The position numbers and the translations under genes were made by a program. This document shows positions 23,601 to 38,467 of a stretch of 64,000 nt of DNA, piece after piece. The notes under the pieces were generated by a model. It saw nothing but the letters and a program-made list of their open reading frames with translations, was not told the DNA's origin and did not search any database. This DNA is from Bugula neritina. Its lineage: Eukaryota; Animalia; Bryozoa. The stretch spans positions 8,301,408 to 8,365,407 of the forward strand of contig OZ037771.1 of NCBI GenBank assembly GCA_964035545.1, written 5' to 3'. The first letter of the stretch is position 1. Every line of letters begins with the position of its first letter.

Positions 23601-26600
23601 GTGACCTTTACCTCTTTGAGCATCTCACCAGGACTAAATGTTATGGATTTGCTGATAGGCATATAGTCTGAGAGAGGCTCAGCTTTGTCGTAGTTATACC
23701 TGCAAACACTCAGCTACTGTAACACCCAACAGTGAAATTAGTTTGTCTCGGACTACATAACAGATCCACTCTGCACCAGATCCACTCTACACCATAGACA
23801 CCAACCTCTTTGTCATAACCAGAACGATAGACTGCTGAGTAATATCTCCCCCCTTCCTCTCCACAATCACTGTAACACGTCCCTCGCCTTCAGTCACATT
23901 GTACGCAGAAGTCTGAAAACTTATATTTGGAAGGTCAGATTCATCTTCTAGAATAGTGACTCTAGTGCTATTTGGCTGGCCCACAGCCCCTCCCTCAACC
24001 TGCCAGGTCAACAGAATAGAAACTGAGTCTAGAGGTATTAGAAGAGGTTATAGAATAAGCTGCCTATACTTTAGACTATATTACATGAACTACAGGTGTA
24101 ATAAATAGAGCATGCATGTGAAAATTTAGCGCAAGTACATTTAGTAATAACAACCTTAGTTACTTATTGAAAAGCGATAACTGATTGTACCTTTTTGATA
24201 AACACATTAAAGAACTCCGCTGGCTCAACATAGGTATCATCTATAATATCAACATAACAGTAAGCCGTGTCCTGCCCAGGTGTAAATCTTGCAGCACTGG
24301 ATCTTAAGATAAAGTCAGTGTATAGGGCCGGGTGGTTGGTGCCCCGGGTAGTTCCCTCTCTGTAGTCACACACAGCGATCACTTCTGTGTTGATATCACC
24401 TGTCCGTTTGATCTGTATTGAATCATATTAGTTTTAACAGCATAAATTGGCAGAGGTCAGTATTAGTGCAAGTTTAATATGAGCTTTTCAGTCTCCATAA
24501 ATATTGGGCAAGGATCAGTTATCCAATTAAAGAAAGCAGAAAATGCTACACTCAACTTTTATTCATACGAACAAGACAATTACATGTACTTCAAAGTCCA
24601 AATAAAAATTCATTAAAAAAAATTCACACAAAATAATATATCAAACATGACCAAAATACCGACACATGGCTACTTAGGAAGTTTACATAGCCTGATGACA
24701 CTGCAAGTAGTAAAAGATGCGCTATCATGGTTTGGGTATTACAGGGGTACATTTACTGCGAGACACACCTTAATAGAAGCTCGTCCAACATTCTCATTGA
24801 CCTCTATGTCTCCGGGAGAGGCTAGTGCTACAGTTGGCTGATCATCTGGGTCAACTATTGCCAAAGTTGTCCACTCATGTGATTCCAATATTGTACCCAC
24901 AGGGTTGGACAACTCCAGTGTGAGCATTTCCTGTGTTAATAGCAGACATTGCTTATGACATGAACTCATTGAGCATAAAATAATGAGCATCCTAATGTCT
25001 TTTAGACCCAGGAGAAGTAATACGATAGCTATTGTATGCTTCTGTAGTTGGGTAGCAATTTCCTCTCATAACAGTATTGGATGTCACAACAGAGTAATAG
25101 CATTATTCAAGCTAATAATTAATATAAAATCTATCTCCTACTTTGAATTAACATTTCAACAAAGATTTCCCAGAAGTGCTAACCTTTACTTCGTACTCAT
25201 CATCATTGACAACTTCAAGCCTCCATGTTTTTTCATACTCGCCAGGATTAAACTGAACTTGCTGTGCGTAGTTACCAGAATAGTCTTGGTGTCTAGTAGT
25301 CGTAATATCTCTCACATTCACAGCTGTTTTGTTAGAAAATATTCCATTACATCAAAAGTACATAACCATATACCTTGCTGTGTATATAAATGCGTTTTTA
25401 CACATACATGCATACGTGTAAATGTATGTGTAATGTATATATTATTTGCATATAATTTATGCATGTAAATCTACATATACATTTACAAGAAAAATTAATA
25501 GGTGTTGACAACTCCCGATTTTTCAACTATCATGACCAAAACACAAAAGCATAGTCTCTGTAGCTGTATAACAACTTTCAATAACTTGAATATATTTTTA
25601 TCTTAAAGTATAGACAACATTATTGAAAAATCATTCGTGTCTGAGAATTTATTCAGACATAAAAATATCAAACCAAAATAATTTATACTTACAAACGAAA
25701 ACAGTATTTTTTAGAGAGCCCCGGCGCTGTAAGATGACATTAGCGACTGCGTCTGTTTCATTGACTACCACCGTGGCATGCTTGAAGCTAACATATGACC
25801 AGGTCAAGGTAAAGAGAGTAGAAGGAATGTCATTCCCACCGCCATCTTGAATTCGGAATGTAAAGTGATCATTTGTGTCTTCCACTCCGTCATTCAGCAA
25901 GTAGGTCAACAAACCATTGTCAATGTCAACTGTAACATCAGGAAATCTACTTCATTAAAAATAGTTAAAATGCCATATTTAAATTTTAAAATAGTTGGAA
26001 ATTGCGCTTAATAAAACTTTAGCTTAGTTTTCTGTAAAAAATTTGCCACCACCAAGAATCGAACCCCAGACTTTTAACTTGCAAGTTAGCAAGCTAACCA
26101 TTACATTATAGAGGATTCTAGAATCTAGAGAAACAGAGCACTTTACTATCAACATGTTAAGATATCAGTCTTTCACGGCTGCTTCAATATGTAGAATTTG
26201 TTAGAAGATAAGAAAGGACATCTCACCCTGAGTCCACATGTTCACTGGTTGGCCATCTTTGATCAGCTGACCATTTCCTGGTCTATCAATTAGCCAATAC
26301 ATTATGTAATCATTGGATGTATCTTTGTCAGTGACCTTGAGATTCTGCGAGTTCAAGGTCATACCTAATCTCTGGAAAGCTGGCAGTACTTTGAGGTTAG
26401 TGATGGGACGATTCGTAATCAGCTGAGGTATGCTGTCGTCAACGGCAGCAATGTAAATAGTCACCTTGAATTAAAGACACTACTTAAATAAACTCGAACT
26501 TGAACTAGTAACATTATGTAAGCATATGCTTACAAAGAAGGAGTTGCACACTCTCATGAACTCACACAAATTGGGTTTAGGTGATAATAACTAAAATAGT

Positions 26601-29600
26601 TTTTCAAGTTACTACATCAGTTCAGCCAATCAAATTAAGCTACTCCATCAGCCAAGAACTTCACATGACTGCGTTATATGACATCCTAGAGTCTAGACAA
26701 ACATTACTGTTGGAAACATATATGTATATAAAGTAAAAATTATTTGCTAAAAGTGTTAATTTCTGCTATTAAAAATGTACTCTGTTTGCGCTGAAGAGGG
26801 GACAAACCCCAAAATAGCTGCTGCATACAGATTGATGCATGCACTGTACTGTATGCACTTTGCTACAGAGTAACACATGGACACAGTATCAACATGCGTG
26901 TTGCAGCAGCTCTCTGGATTATAGTGCTACGAGACCTGAATTCCCAACAGAATAATAATAAAAAAGAAGAGAAATTATCATTCAAAGAGCCGAGCTCACT
27001 TTCTGGGGCCTCCTGACAGGTGTGTTGAGGTTTGGGTAAACGTAGAACCTGTTGTGAGTGCCATCTGTCACCTTGACCTTGAAGCTATCCTCTATAACCT
27101 GATTATTTGAAGCCTCTGGCCCCATGTGTTTGTATGTTATTAGACCATTCTCTAGGTGATCTTGAGTGAACTGTGTGGTCGGCTGGCCAGATAACAATAT
27201 GGATCCAAACAGTGATGGCTGAAAACAATCACCGAACAGGTATAAATGAAAATGAATATAAACAAAAAAAACCTAGCAAAATAAATTGATTAATAGTTTA
27301 TAAATAATTAAATATTGTAATTCAACATGTTTAGTGCTCGTTATGCAGCACAGCATGGAATAAGCCGGATAGAATATATGTGGATGTGTATCTAGTGGAA
27401 GAAGTTAGAGGGGATGGGAGAACATGGTTTACAATGAAACTAAATGTTTTTTCATTTCACAGCTATAACATTTAAGTTTTAAAAAAGAAAACAAATTTAC
27501 ACAACTTTTTTCAATCACAAAAAGATTTTAATTAAATTATGATGGAAGTAAATTTTATAACCCATTAGCAAATTTTGAAACATATTATTTATAGATGTGA
27601 AAATTCTGCTGGCTATCTAGACAACTGAGTGGCAATATTTCTTCCAATCAAATTAGTTTAGCATTTGCTTCACTTTCCAACTTTCTCCTAACTGATGGTA
27701 AAGTAGGCAATGCGTAAAGACTCATCTTTGTCAAAAATAAAACATTAGATACAACTTAGTAAGGGTTATACACTATACTGAACTATAGTCTTGTATAATA
27801 AAAAGTGTTATCTCTAAGAATATTCTAGACTTAGTTTTTTTTGCTGTTATGTGTTTGCAGTTACACAACCAACTGTAATAACATAACTATGCATTCGGTA
27901 TTGCATTCTGTTAAAATCAGAAACTCTCAGCCTAAAGTGCAGCTTATTGCCTCTATTTGCAAGACTGCATGTTTACATTGTCAACTTTAGCAATTTGGGG
28001 ATGTCTTGTAAATTAATGCCAAAGAAATTAGATACAACATACTTATTAAAACATTGCAATAACTTTCTAGGCTCATCATTATGTATTTAATCAAATTATT
28101 ATCAAAACATTAAATCCTGTTCCTGAGCTGCTTTTATTTACAATAATGGCTATATTCTGGGTTATGTAGATAAGTGAGGCCTTTTTGCTTGTTAATTTTT
28201 ACACTAAAATAGTTTGTAGAGCCTCCAATCACTGGAGAGAACATTCAAAACATTCTGCATAGCCTATATTACAGACAGTATCCACATAAGTAACAGGCAA
28301 GCATCTGCAAGCACCTGTTGCTGTAGAGACAACCATAACTACCGACAGAGCATACAAAGAGAAGCTGAAAGTAAACAGCTCAAGAGTGGCGATGAAACCA
28401 TCTAGCAAAACAAACCTGCGTGACGGTGAAAGTCAGCGAGTCAGATGCTGTGTCTCTGTCTCGGGCAGTCAGCTGACTTGGGGTTATATAAGTTGACCCT
28501 TTTTCTCTCAATCTGATTGGCTGAATCATGAGAATCGGTAGTTGATTGTCGGCTGGTATAATGGAGATGCTGAATGCCCGGTGAAGTGGGTTGAAGCCAT
28601 CAGTTACCTTCAGGGCAGATAAAAACAACAACCATTTGAAGAAGAACGTCATAACTTACTACAGCAATTTGTATTAATAGATTGATTAAGTTGATTCTTT
28701 TTTGTAGAGAAACAGCTTCTGCAGAGACAGATGTTTTGCTTCAATAAAATATTACAATTGCTTTACCTTTGCCAGTTACATGTGATGATTTATGCTGTAC
28801 ATTGAGCACAGAAATACCTCAAATTCGAAGGCATCAGAAGCCTGGCGACTAGAGCCAGTGTGTGTATACTGAACTCTGCCAGCCACCAGGTCTATCTGAG
28901 TGAAGGTGCTAATCTTTCTCCCGGGACTTGTGATGAGTTCTAGACGACCGTTTTGTGGCTGTGCGGTTACAGTGAAAGTGATAGACTCGGCGCTGGATTT
29001 GTCATCCCATGCACTCAACATGTCAGTGGTCAGAATAACACTACAATAACAAAGTGTGACACAAAATATAACTGTTTATATAGATACACTAATTAGGGAG
29101 CAGCCGTGGTCTATGGGTTAGAGCTTTACCAAGTAAGCACAAAGTCATGGGTTCGAGCCTGGACAAAGGCCATTGGTGATGTTAGGAAGAGCATCCAGTC
29201 ATAATTGCTCCTGTGCCTCATCTGAATAAGCCCTTAACCCGATTTAACAAAAACCCTTTTCATCAGGGGTTCTTACAGGGATGTTGACTATAAACTTGTG
29301 TGAGTTTTACATAGATACAATAACTAGACACACAGTGAGGATGTGGAAGCCCTAACATCTAGCATATTAGTAAATACAGTTAACCACAGTATATACTGTG
29401 CTACAGACTAGTAGACTATGGACTAAGTTTTTAGTCTGTACCTCTGATTAGTAGGGAGCTCTACCCCCCTGTTCACCACATCCGGATACACCATGTCCAG
29501 TGGTTCTACACTAATATAAAATCTCTGGTTTATCTGGGAGTTTCTCTGTCTATCACTGATGTCTAGTTTTATCACATCTCTGACACCATATCTTCCATTG

Positions 29601-32600
29601 TGAACATATCTGCAAGAGGCACAGAGTTGTCATTATCATCCCAATATAAACTATACACTACAGTATATATTATATGACAGTATGTGCTACAAGATATACT
29701 TCAATATATGCTGCAATAATATATACTACAGTATATATTATTTTTTAGTATATACTGCAGTGTTTACTAGCAAATAATGGCCTAATTAGACTAATTGACT
29801 TCAAACAATTCAACACTAGCCACTAATCACTAATTTAAATATTTTATCCCTTTAGTTAGAGCAAATAATTACTACTACATTGATCCCAATTATAACCACA
29901 TCAACACTAAATGCAGTGATTACCAAGTATCTCCCCTTCCACAATTGTGGCAGTACAACTATATATCATCTGAAATGGTTTTGGGGTGAAGTTATTAAAT
30001 TTTAAGAACTGGCTTAGCACTAGACTGCATACTAAAATAGTATATAAATATTACAGTACACATTACAGTACATACTACAGCATACAATACATAATGCAGC
30101 ACACATTACAGCATACACTACAGTGCACATACAGTACACACTATAGTACATATTACAGTACACACTACCGTACATACTACAATACACACTAAAATGTACA
30201 CTACAGTACACACTACAGTACATACTACAGTACACACTACAGTGTACACATTACAGTATACACTATAGTACACACTACAGTATACACTACAGTATACACT
30301 ACAGCACATACCACAGTACCCACATACTAATTACCTAATTATATTATCGTCAATTTCCCATTGCTGGAATGTCATGTGACGAGTTATGTTGTCCCAGCTG
30401 TGACCGAGTTGATCCACTCGTCTTTGTAGAAATCCAAACACTGGCTGCTGACGTATTCTGAAGGAAATGTTTCCTGCAGCAATATTATCAAAGCAAATTA
30501 AAGAATAAATATGGATAATAATTGTGTCAAAATAACATGAAACTAGTTTTCACAATCGCTAGCCGAAACATATTTGTATACTTAATAGCAGTCTAGACTG
30601 AAAAAGTTGGCTGATACTAATAGACACAGAGAACTTATGTAAGTAGAACCAAATGTAGGTCATTGGTTGTAAATAAGAGAACAGAAGTAATATACAATAT
30701 ATCTTGTTTTACACAGGAATAACTTTAGTTATAGGTTTAGGTTCAAATTACAACAGTTATACTACCATTAGGGGAGTCCAGATCTTCAGCCCGCAGTTCT
30801 GTGTTGGTAATGTACTTCCACTCGGGTCTCTCTGCCTCTACTGCAGCTTCAATGTATAGACCAGTGTTGACGTGTAGCTGTGGAACCTCGTCATCTACAG
30901 CTATCACTTGTATGGGGATCTAAACAGCGTGCCACATCATGCATTACTTGTGCATCACATAAATTATTACATTTCATCACAGAACTTTCAACTGAATGCA
31001 TCTTGTTCAGAGGAGTTAATACAAGCACATGTATCTTTCTGAGTTAAGTATAAACTGTAGCAGCTTATTCCATGCTATTCACAATGTAACACTATCCATT
31101 CTGAAAGTCGCACTTCAGGCAGTATATTACCCCATATTGATGTGGTATTCATTAAGAAAATTAGAGAACTTAGGCTATCTCCACTACTGCTCCTAAATGA
31201 TACTGATCACATTACATTGCATTATGAATGACATGCATATAATATCAACTCCTGCACATCTGCAACTCCCATAACCTCAAATTGACAATCTAAGAGTCTA
31301 GTCTGAATAATATTTTACCAGCTGTTGCTTACCTTCTTAGTAGCTGTGTGCTTGCCATCAGTCACTTGTAGGACAAGGGAGTCGTTGGTAGTCTCAGTCC
31401 CACTGTGTTTGTACGATATCTTGGACATCAGTCTAATGTCATTGAAGTTGAACTCAGTAACCTCCCGGGCACCCACAGTCGTTGACTCCAAAATCTTGCC
31501 ATTCACTGGTTGTGTGAGAATCTGCAGACATGAATAAATTGCTGGTTAAAGTTGAAGGTTGCAGAGCAATACTCACAGAAAAACATTTGCGCCTCATATT
31601 AAAACAAAACCAGTACTGAAATGTAGCCTTTGACTTTGCTACGTTGTTGGTATTTTAGCTGCAATAAAATTACTGTAATATTAATTGAAAACAGAGTGGG
31701 TATATTTGTCAAAACCTCTAATTTTAATCATTTTTAAATTTATTTGGTAAAACATTATGTAATATATTCTATGATAGGTTTTGGGGTTGAGCTTTTCACA
31801 TGCTATTCGCTCCTAGTAGCTAATTTCCACTTTATTCAGATGTAATTGTGCATTTCTGCAACACCATTTCACTTGGGATTCAACAAAAACTGTATTTTGA
31901 TTATGTTTATTATAACATTCAATCAATCAATCAATCAATATAAATTGATCATAAAAACAAAATTTTTTAAAGCATTTTTTTAACATAAAAGAAATATTGT
32001 AGTTTAAATGCTTAAAATTCTAGGACCTAGGTTATAATAATCCTGCCCTTAAGCTGCAAGATGTTTAGACCTACGATAGAGCCAAGTGAGGTGATAACTC
32101 TACAGAGGGGTGAAGATGTAGAGTCATTACTACTTACTTCAAGCAGTATTAGGATCTGTTCACATTACAGGTGTTTACCTCAACAATGTTTTGAAAACAG
32201 GTAACATTTTAACACCTGTATAGTTCACAGGTTGAAAACTTTCTGAATAATCAAGCAGTTTTCCAGAATCATACTATTTTTGTTGGTTGAAGAGTTTGGA
32301 TTTTTCTGTACTTCCATTTAGAAAGGTAAATTCCTTGACATGAATCAATATAAACATATGAAGTACCACAAAATGGATTAAAAAAATACCAACTTTTTTC
32401 GGCAAGATATATTCAAGTTTGAAGCATCACGGCCACATTATGTTTTTATCACCATTCCATTTTTGTGACAGTTGATTTTAACAGAAGTATTTTTTGTGAA
32501 ACTTTGCCAATGTAGGCAAGTTTCTAATGTAGATATTGGCATATAGAAAGTTATAGTAGTAGCTGCCACATTTTATCACATTCTGCAGGAAGTAACGCTG

Positions 32601-35600
32601 CATAATCAACAGGATGCAATAATATTTTGGCTACACCCCAGTCTTGCTAATTTTAAAACATTGCCAAATGAAATATGAAAAAGAATATTTTTCCAAGTTA
32701 TTATGAGGTTTGCATACACTTCTTGGCATCTAGGCATCTCTCCTGTTGTATGATGAAAAGATAATAAATATATTAACATCTCTACAGCACCAACACCGTG
32801 TAGTCTAACTGTTGCTAGACTTTAAATCTTATTGATTAATATATCTAATATTCAATGTAGTCATTTATGTTTCAGAGAAAAGGCTTTTGCATAGGACTGT
32901 GTGAATTTTCTGATCATCAAAAATCAGTTTAGAGCAATCTAAGACAAGATGAAGAAATAAATGTTTACATTGTTCATTGGAGAGAGTAGTTAAGTCACCT
33001 TAAATTTTCAACTCAAATAAAATTATATGACACAATACACCTCAGTTTGCCAAAATAAATAAAAAAAAAGAAAATAAAAAATAAATAAGATAGAATGATT
33101 TATGAATTATACACAATCAAATTTCAGCAACATTTTCTAAAACACAAGAATAAAAGGTTTTAGTGATAAACTCTGTTGCAAATGTACTTATATATCTAAA
33201 TATTAGAAACCTAAATTGAATTATGTGTGTGTGCATGTGTGTCTACATACATGCATATATGTATGTATGTAAATAATTATAATTACAAAAATTAAATTAT
33301 CTAATGTTTTTTAAAACAACTAAATTATGTGCCAAGGAATTTAAAAATTTGATAAATTTTGTAAAAACTTGGGTTTCAATACCTAATAATCTATCTAGTA
33401 TATAATTGAATATTCAATTTACTTTTCTTTAATAAAATAAACCAATAATTTAATATTAAACAGTAAACAAGTATTCTATTTTGTTGTTTTAGTAAGTGCA
33501 AAGCTTGATTCCTGGTATTTTAAGGCTTTAAAGGAACTATATCAATTGAATGACATCATATATATGTCCTCTCCAAGTACAGCTTGCACTAGTGATGGTA
33601 CATTAGCATTTTGTTTATTTCTCTAGAAATTTAAATGTATGCATGTAACCCAGTGCTATTTATTCCCCTGTGACGTGACGCACTAGATGTTGTAGATACT
33701 TCATAATTTAATTTGTATTCTAGGTATTGTATAATTTATACAACATTATGCATATATTGTATTCAGTACATATACTATTGGGTTTACCATATAATGTTGT
33801 ACATACTACATACTGAGTATAACATGTATACTATTGTAGGTGTATGGCACCATAATTATTGTAGATATTTTCAATCTATAAACTGGAGTCAATTTAAATG
33901 GAAGTATTTCTCTAGGCAACAGTTAGATTAAAATATCAGGTCATACCTGTTTTGTATCTTTCCTTTATAAACATAAAACTGGCAATAACTAATAATGTTT
34001 TACTCTAATCTATTTTGAAACAGAGATGTTAGAGCAAAGGTGTCTAACTTTTTCAGAGTGAGGGCCACTGAAAGGGAGTATCTTGGTGGCGAGGACCGCA
34101 TTACAAACTTTAGCATGTACTGGGGGTGGGGGGGGGACAGCGTCAGTATTTTTCCAACTACTTTTTTATTCCAAAACTTTATGAATCGTTACACAATTAA
34201 GTGCCCATAGTTACTATAGGCTGCATATTTTGTAGCATGTGTATAAATAAAGCATTTGAAAGAAGTTTGTTTTTCTTCAATTCACTGCATACCTATATAT
34301 GTGAAAAATAATCTTAGCTTTATGCCTTGGAGGGTCACATAAATGTAGGCTGGAGACCACATCCGGCCCTAGGACCGCCTGTTGGACAGTCCTGGGGCCG
34401 CCTGTTGGCCAGTCCTGGGGCCGCCTGTTGCACAGCCCTGCATTAGAGTATAAAACAGTTTGGTGGGTCATTCTTCCATCCCAACCAGTAGCAGCAAGGA
34501 GCCATCACAAACAGCTCTATGAAACACTATAACTATTTCAAAAGTTAGAATATCGTTCATCACACAGTCGCGATGCCAGCTAAATTTAATAATAAACATG
34601 GAAAAGCTAGAAATGAATTTTACTATTTCAGTTTTACATAATGGATGCAGGGAATTTTTCTCTAAAAATTGGTCATGTGAAACTTTTTACAGAATTTATT
34701 GAAATATTAGCATGTGTGCTACTGCTCAAATAACACATACACAATATAGTTGAAATTTCATGTAACATCATAATTACATCCAACATTGTTATGATACTGT
34801 GCACTTGATGATTTGGTTGAAATATGTGAAGATATTGTGGACACAACTCTTAATAAAAAATTTGATGGCCATGGGAATAAGTTGTAAATGAAAAGCTGTA
34901 TATTATTACACAATGTTACTTTATCACCATGTTTCCATGAATAAAATGGAAAATCCCATCGCATAATGCAAAGGATGGGAATGTAGTGGTAGTGTATAAA
35001 AGCTGCATAAGTATCCCACTTCAAATTTGATATAGAACATTCCAGTGACTTTGAATATTGAGTGAGAATTGCACTTACCAAGTTGGGCAAACATAGTTTT
35101 AGTCAAAATCACATAAGGAACAATAGTACACTAATTATAACTTATTACTGCTATGTGTGTAGTAATTAACAACAGATCTATTGAGGAATGGATTGGAGAT
35201 GATGCTTCAGCTTGACGGGCTATTGGGCAATCACTGCCAATCACATTGCCATCCTTATCGTGGGGCATACATAAGGAGCTCTAACTTCAGGATCTAATTA
35301 TCTTACAACTGGCAGCAGTTAAAGCAGCAACCTAAATACATAATGCAGAATTTCTGTGTTCGGATTTTATTTCTGTTAGCTATTATAAAAGGTTAACACT
35401 TTTAGTAGCAAACATGTTACTCATTGCTCAAATACACATGCTGTTTAAAGTTTTGTACAGCTGAATGAGGTTATACTGAAACTGCTTTATTGTAGAGAGC
35501 AGACAAGTACAATGCTACAACTGTTATACTAATAGAGACTCAAAGTCTGGCTTGGACAGGGACACAAAATGCCGACATGCGGTAAGTGTATGTGAGCCAT

Positions 35601-37468
35601 AAGGTAAGTACATGACAGCAATAGTGTAAGTACATAGCAACAATAGTGTAAGTAGATGGCAACAATAGTGTAAGTACATAGCAACAATAGGGTAAGTAGA
35701 TGGCAACAATAGGGTAAGTAGATGGCAACAATAGGGTAAGTACATAGCAACAATAGGGTAAGTACATAGCAACAATAGGGTAAGTACATAGCAACAATAG
35801 GGTAAGTACATAGCAACAATAGTGTGAGTACATAGCAACAATAGTGTAAGTACATAGCAACAATAGGGTAAGTAGATGGCAACAATAGGTAAGTAGATAA
35901 TTTGTCTGTTGCAGCTGCAACACTTTGCCATGTCGAAGTACTTTTAAGGACACTGGATACTGGATGGTGAAATGATATACAGAGTTATAGTTGCACTGAT
36001 AGTAGTCACTAGTGTATTCAATAGAGCATGCAGTATTGTGTGCTGATCAATGCAATTAATCAATAGGTTATACCAAAGTGCAAACATCTGAGGCACTAAG
36101 AGGTATAATAATGGTTATATAATACACATAATACATTTTATATTATATTATTAACTATATGTTACACATAACATAATATATCTTATATTATAAACTATAT
36201 ATTACCCACAACATACTTTATATTATATTATAAACTACATATTACACACAGTATAATACATTATACTCATTTATTTATTAAAATTAGGTTTTAACTGCTT
36301 TCTCGTTATTTACTGGGATCAGGGGTCAATAAAAATTCGCAACTGTCCGGGAAAAACGACGCACTGTGCAGAAATTACAACATGGCACAGAGCAGACTCC
36401 CCACCTGATATTGAAAGGTGAGATTCACATGCTCTATTAGATTATATATTACCTGGTGTTACCAAGCTATGCTCTGGTACTCTATTATATTATTCCTTTT
36501 TATTCCTAGCAAACCTTCTTACTATATTATTACATTATATGTAGTATTTAATATATCGTATATCTATCACACTACAAATAAGATAATTTAACATATTACG
36601 AACACGTACATATAGCTCATTGCATCACAGGTTTGTGTTATTGTGCTGCAAACCTACAAATATTAGCTTGTAATGTATAGTACACTGCATGTAATACTAA
36701 TTGTAATTTGTAGCTGTAACATACCACACTTGTAAACTGAGCTAATTAATTAGTATAAGTACTATGGTAATATAATCTGGCATACTGAAAATACACAACA
36801 CTGCTACAGTAAAGCTCCATGTCATAAACCTACATATGACACATAAACATGACACATAGAGTATGACACATACAGTATGACACATAGAATATGACACATA
36901 CAGTATGACACATGAGTATGACACATACAGTATGACACATATAGTATGACACATACAGTATGACACATATAGTATGACACATACAGTATGACACAGGATT
37001 GCTGCAGTAAAGCTACATATAATTATCTTCTAGAGAATGTGCTGATCCCTCTGCTCAAACAGTTGAATGTAAAAACCTTCAGTTAATAACTGGCAACACT
37101 ACAATGTGTTACTGCAACACATCTCTGTGTAACATAGACTTGAGGCCCACCACTCCGTCTACTGCTGCAGAGGTTAATCAGAGCACAGTGTTCAACCCAA
37201 TGATCTGGAGCACTACGTTTAGCGGGTCAACGACTCTTGCATCTTTTGCTAGTCTCTATGTTTCTATATTTGTTTATTGTATTCAGTATTTATTAGTTCT
37301 TTAAGCAAGTGATTAATTATTGATGTATATTGTGCATTACCAAAACATAGTTATATACTTTTATGAATTTATTATAGCCTACATTTAGGCTACGAGCACT
37401 CATGCATACATATGTAAGTGTGTGTGTTTGCGCCGTGTTTGTGTGTGTGTGCGTGTGTGCGCGAGTGC

Positions 37469-37548
<80 letters not shown>

Positions 37549-38376
37549 GCATATATATACATATATATATTTTTTATATATATTTTATATATATATATCT
37601 ATATATATATATTATATAATTATATATATAATGTATATATATGTAAATGTATATACAAATGTGTATATATAAAGTATCATTAAATGGGTACAATATGAAA
37701 ACTTATTTTTCACATTTGAAAATTAAATCCAGGTGTAGTTGTTTGTCACTAATATAATTTAGTGTTGGAATCACATTTTAAGATTCACAAAAAGTAATTT
37801 CACAATGCCTTAAATACAAAAGTGTCTACAAGAACTAAAGCTCAAGTAACAAAACAACACTATGATAGTGGTGAGTTAAAACCAAAGTGTGAGATATAAT
37901 ATGCAGGTACATCCCAGCTTGTAGTCTGCAGGTATAATATTATCATAAATAGCAAAGTAGCTAAATATTCAGATATATCTATAAACAGTGACTTTGGTAA
38001 GCAACTGCTAACTGTTACTAATTACTGCAAGCTCTTACTTTCTTAGTTTAATGTATATCTGTTAACTATTAAGGAATAGCTTCAACTTAAAACAATTTAA
38101 TTTCTCACAGAAAGAATAGCATAACACGGTGAATGTTGAAAAATAGCTTGATGCAGCACAAATTGTGTTGCCATTGAGTGCAGTGGTTGGGGGTTTGGAA
38201 TTCGGACAATGACATGTATACAAACATTGCACTCAGTGACTCCACACTTTGTGCTGCACCCAGCGATCCCTTTGCCGCTGATGAGCTAGCATTACATTTC
38301 AAGCCTACAGTGGTTTTCTAAATAAGCTTATGTTCACTACGAGGTGTAGTTTTAATTTGCACACTGAAAGAAGATT

Positions 38377-38467
<91 letters not shown>

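Noticed and set aside
26044-26113. tRNA-like sequence on the minus strand (A box, GGTTCGATTC)
   Set aside because: Acceptor and anticodon stems do not pair properly; more likely a decayed tRNA-derived repeat than a tRNA gene.
35524-35953. Three minus-strand hydrophobic ORFs of 118-137 aa
   Set aside because: The same peptide cycles through all three frames because the 22-bp repeat has no stops on that strand.
35915-35966. Candidate extra Ly6 exon (TGCAG|CTGCAAC...TGGATG|GT; CNTLPC in one frame)
   Set aside because: Entering from the phase-0 donor hits TAA, and the ten-cysteine domain is complete without it. At most a poison exon.
38105-38302. Minus-strand ORF beginning LKC, a possible second Ly6 fragment
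   Set aside because: No CxxC or CN motif and no compatible partner exons.
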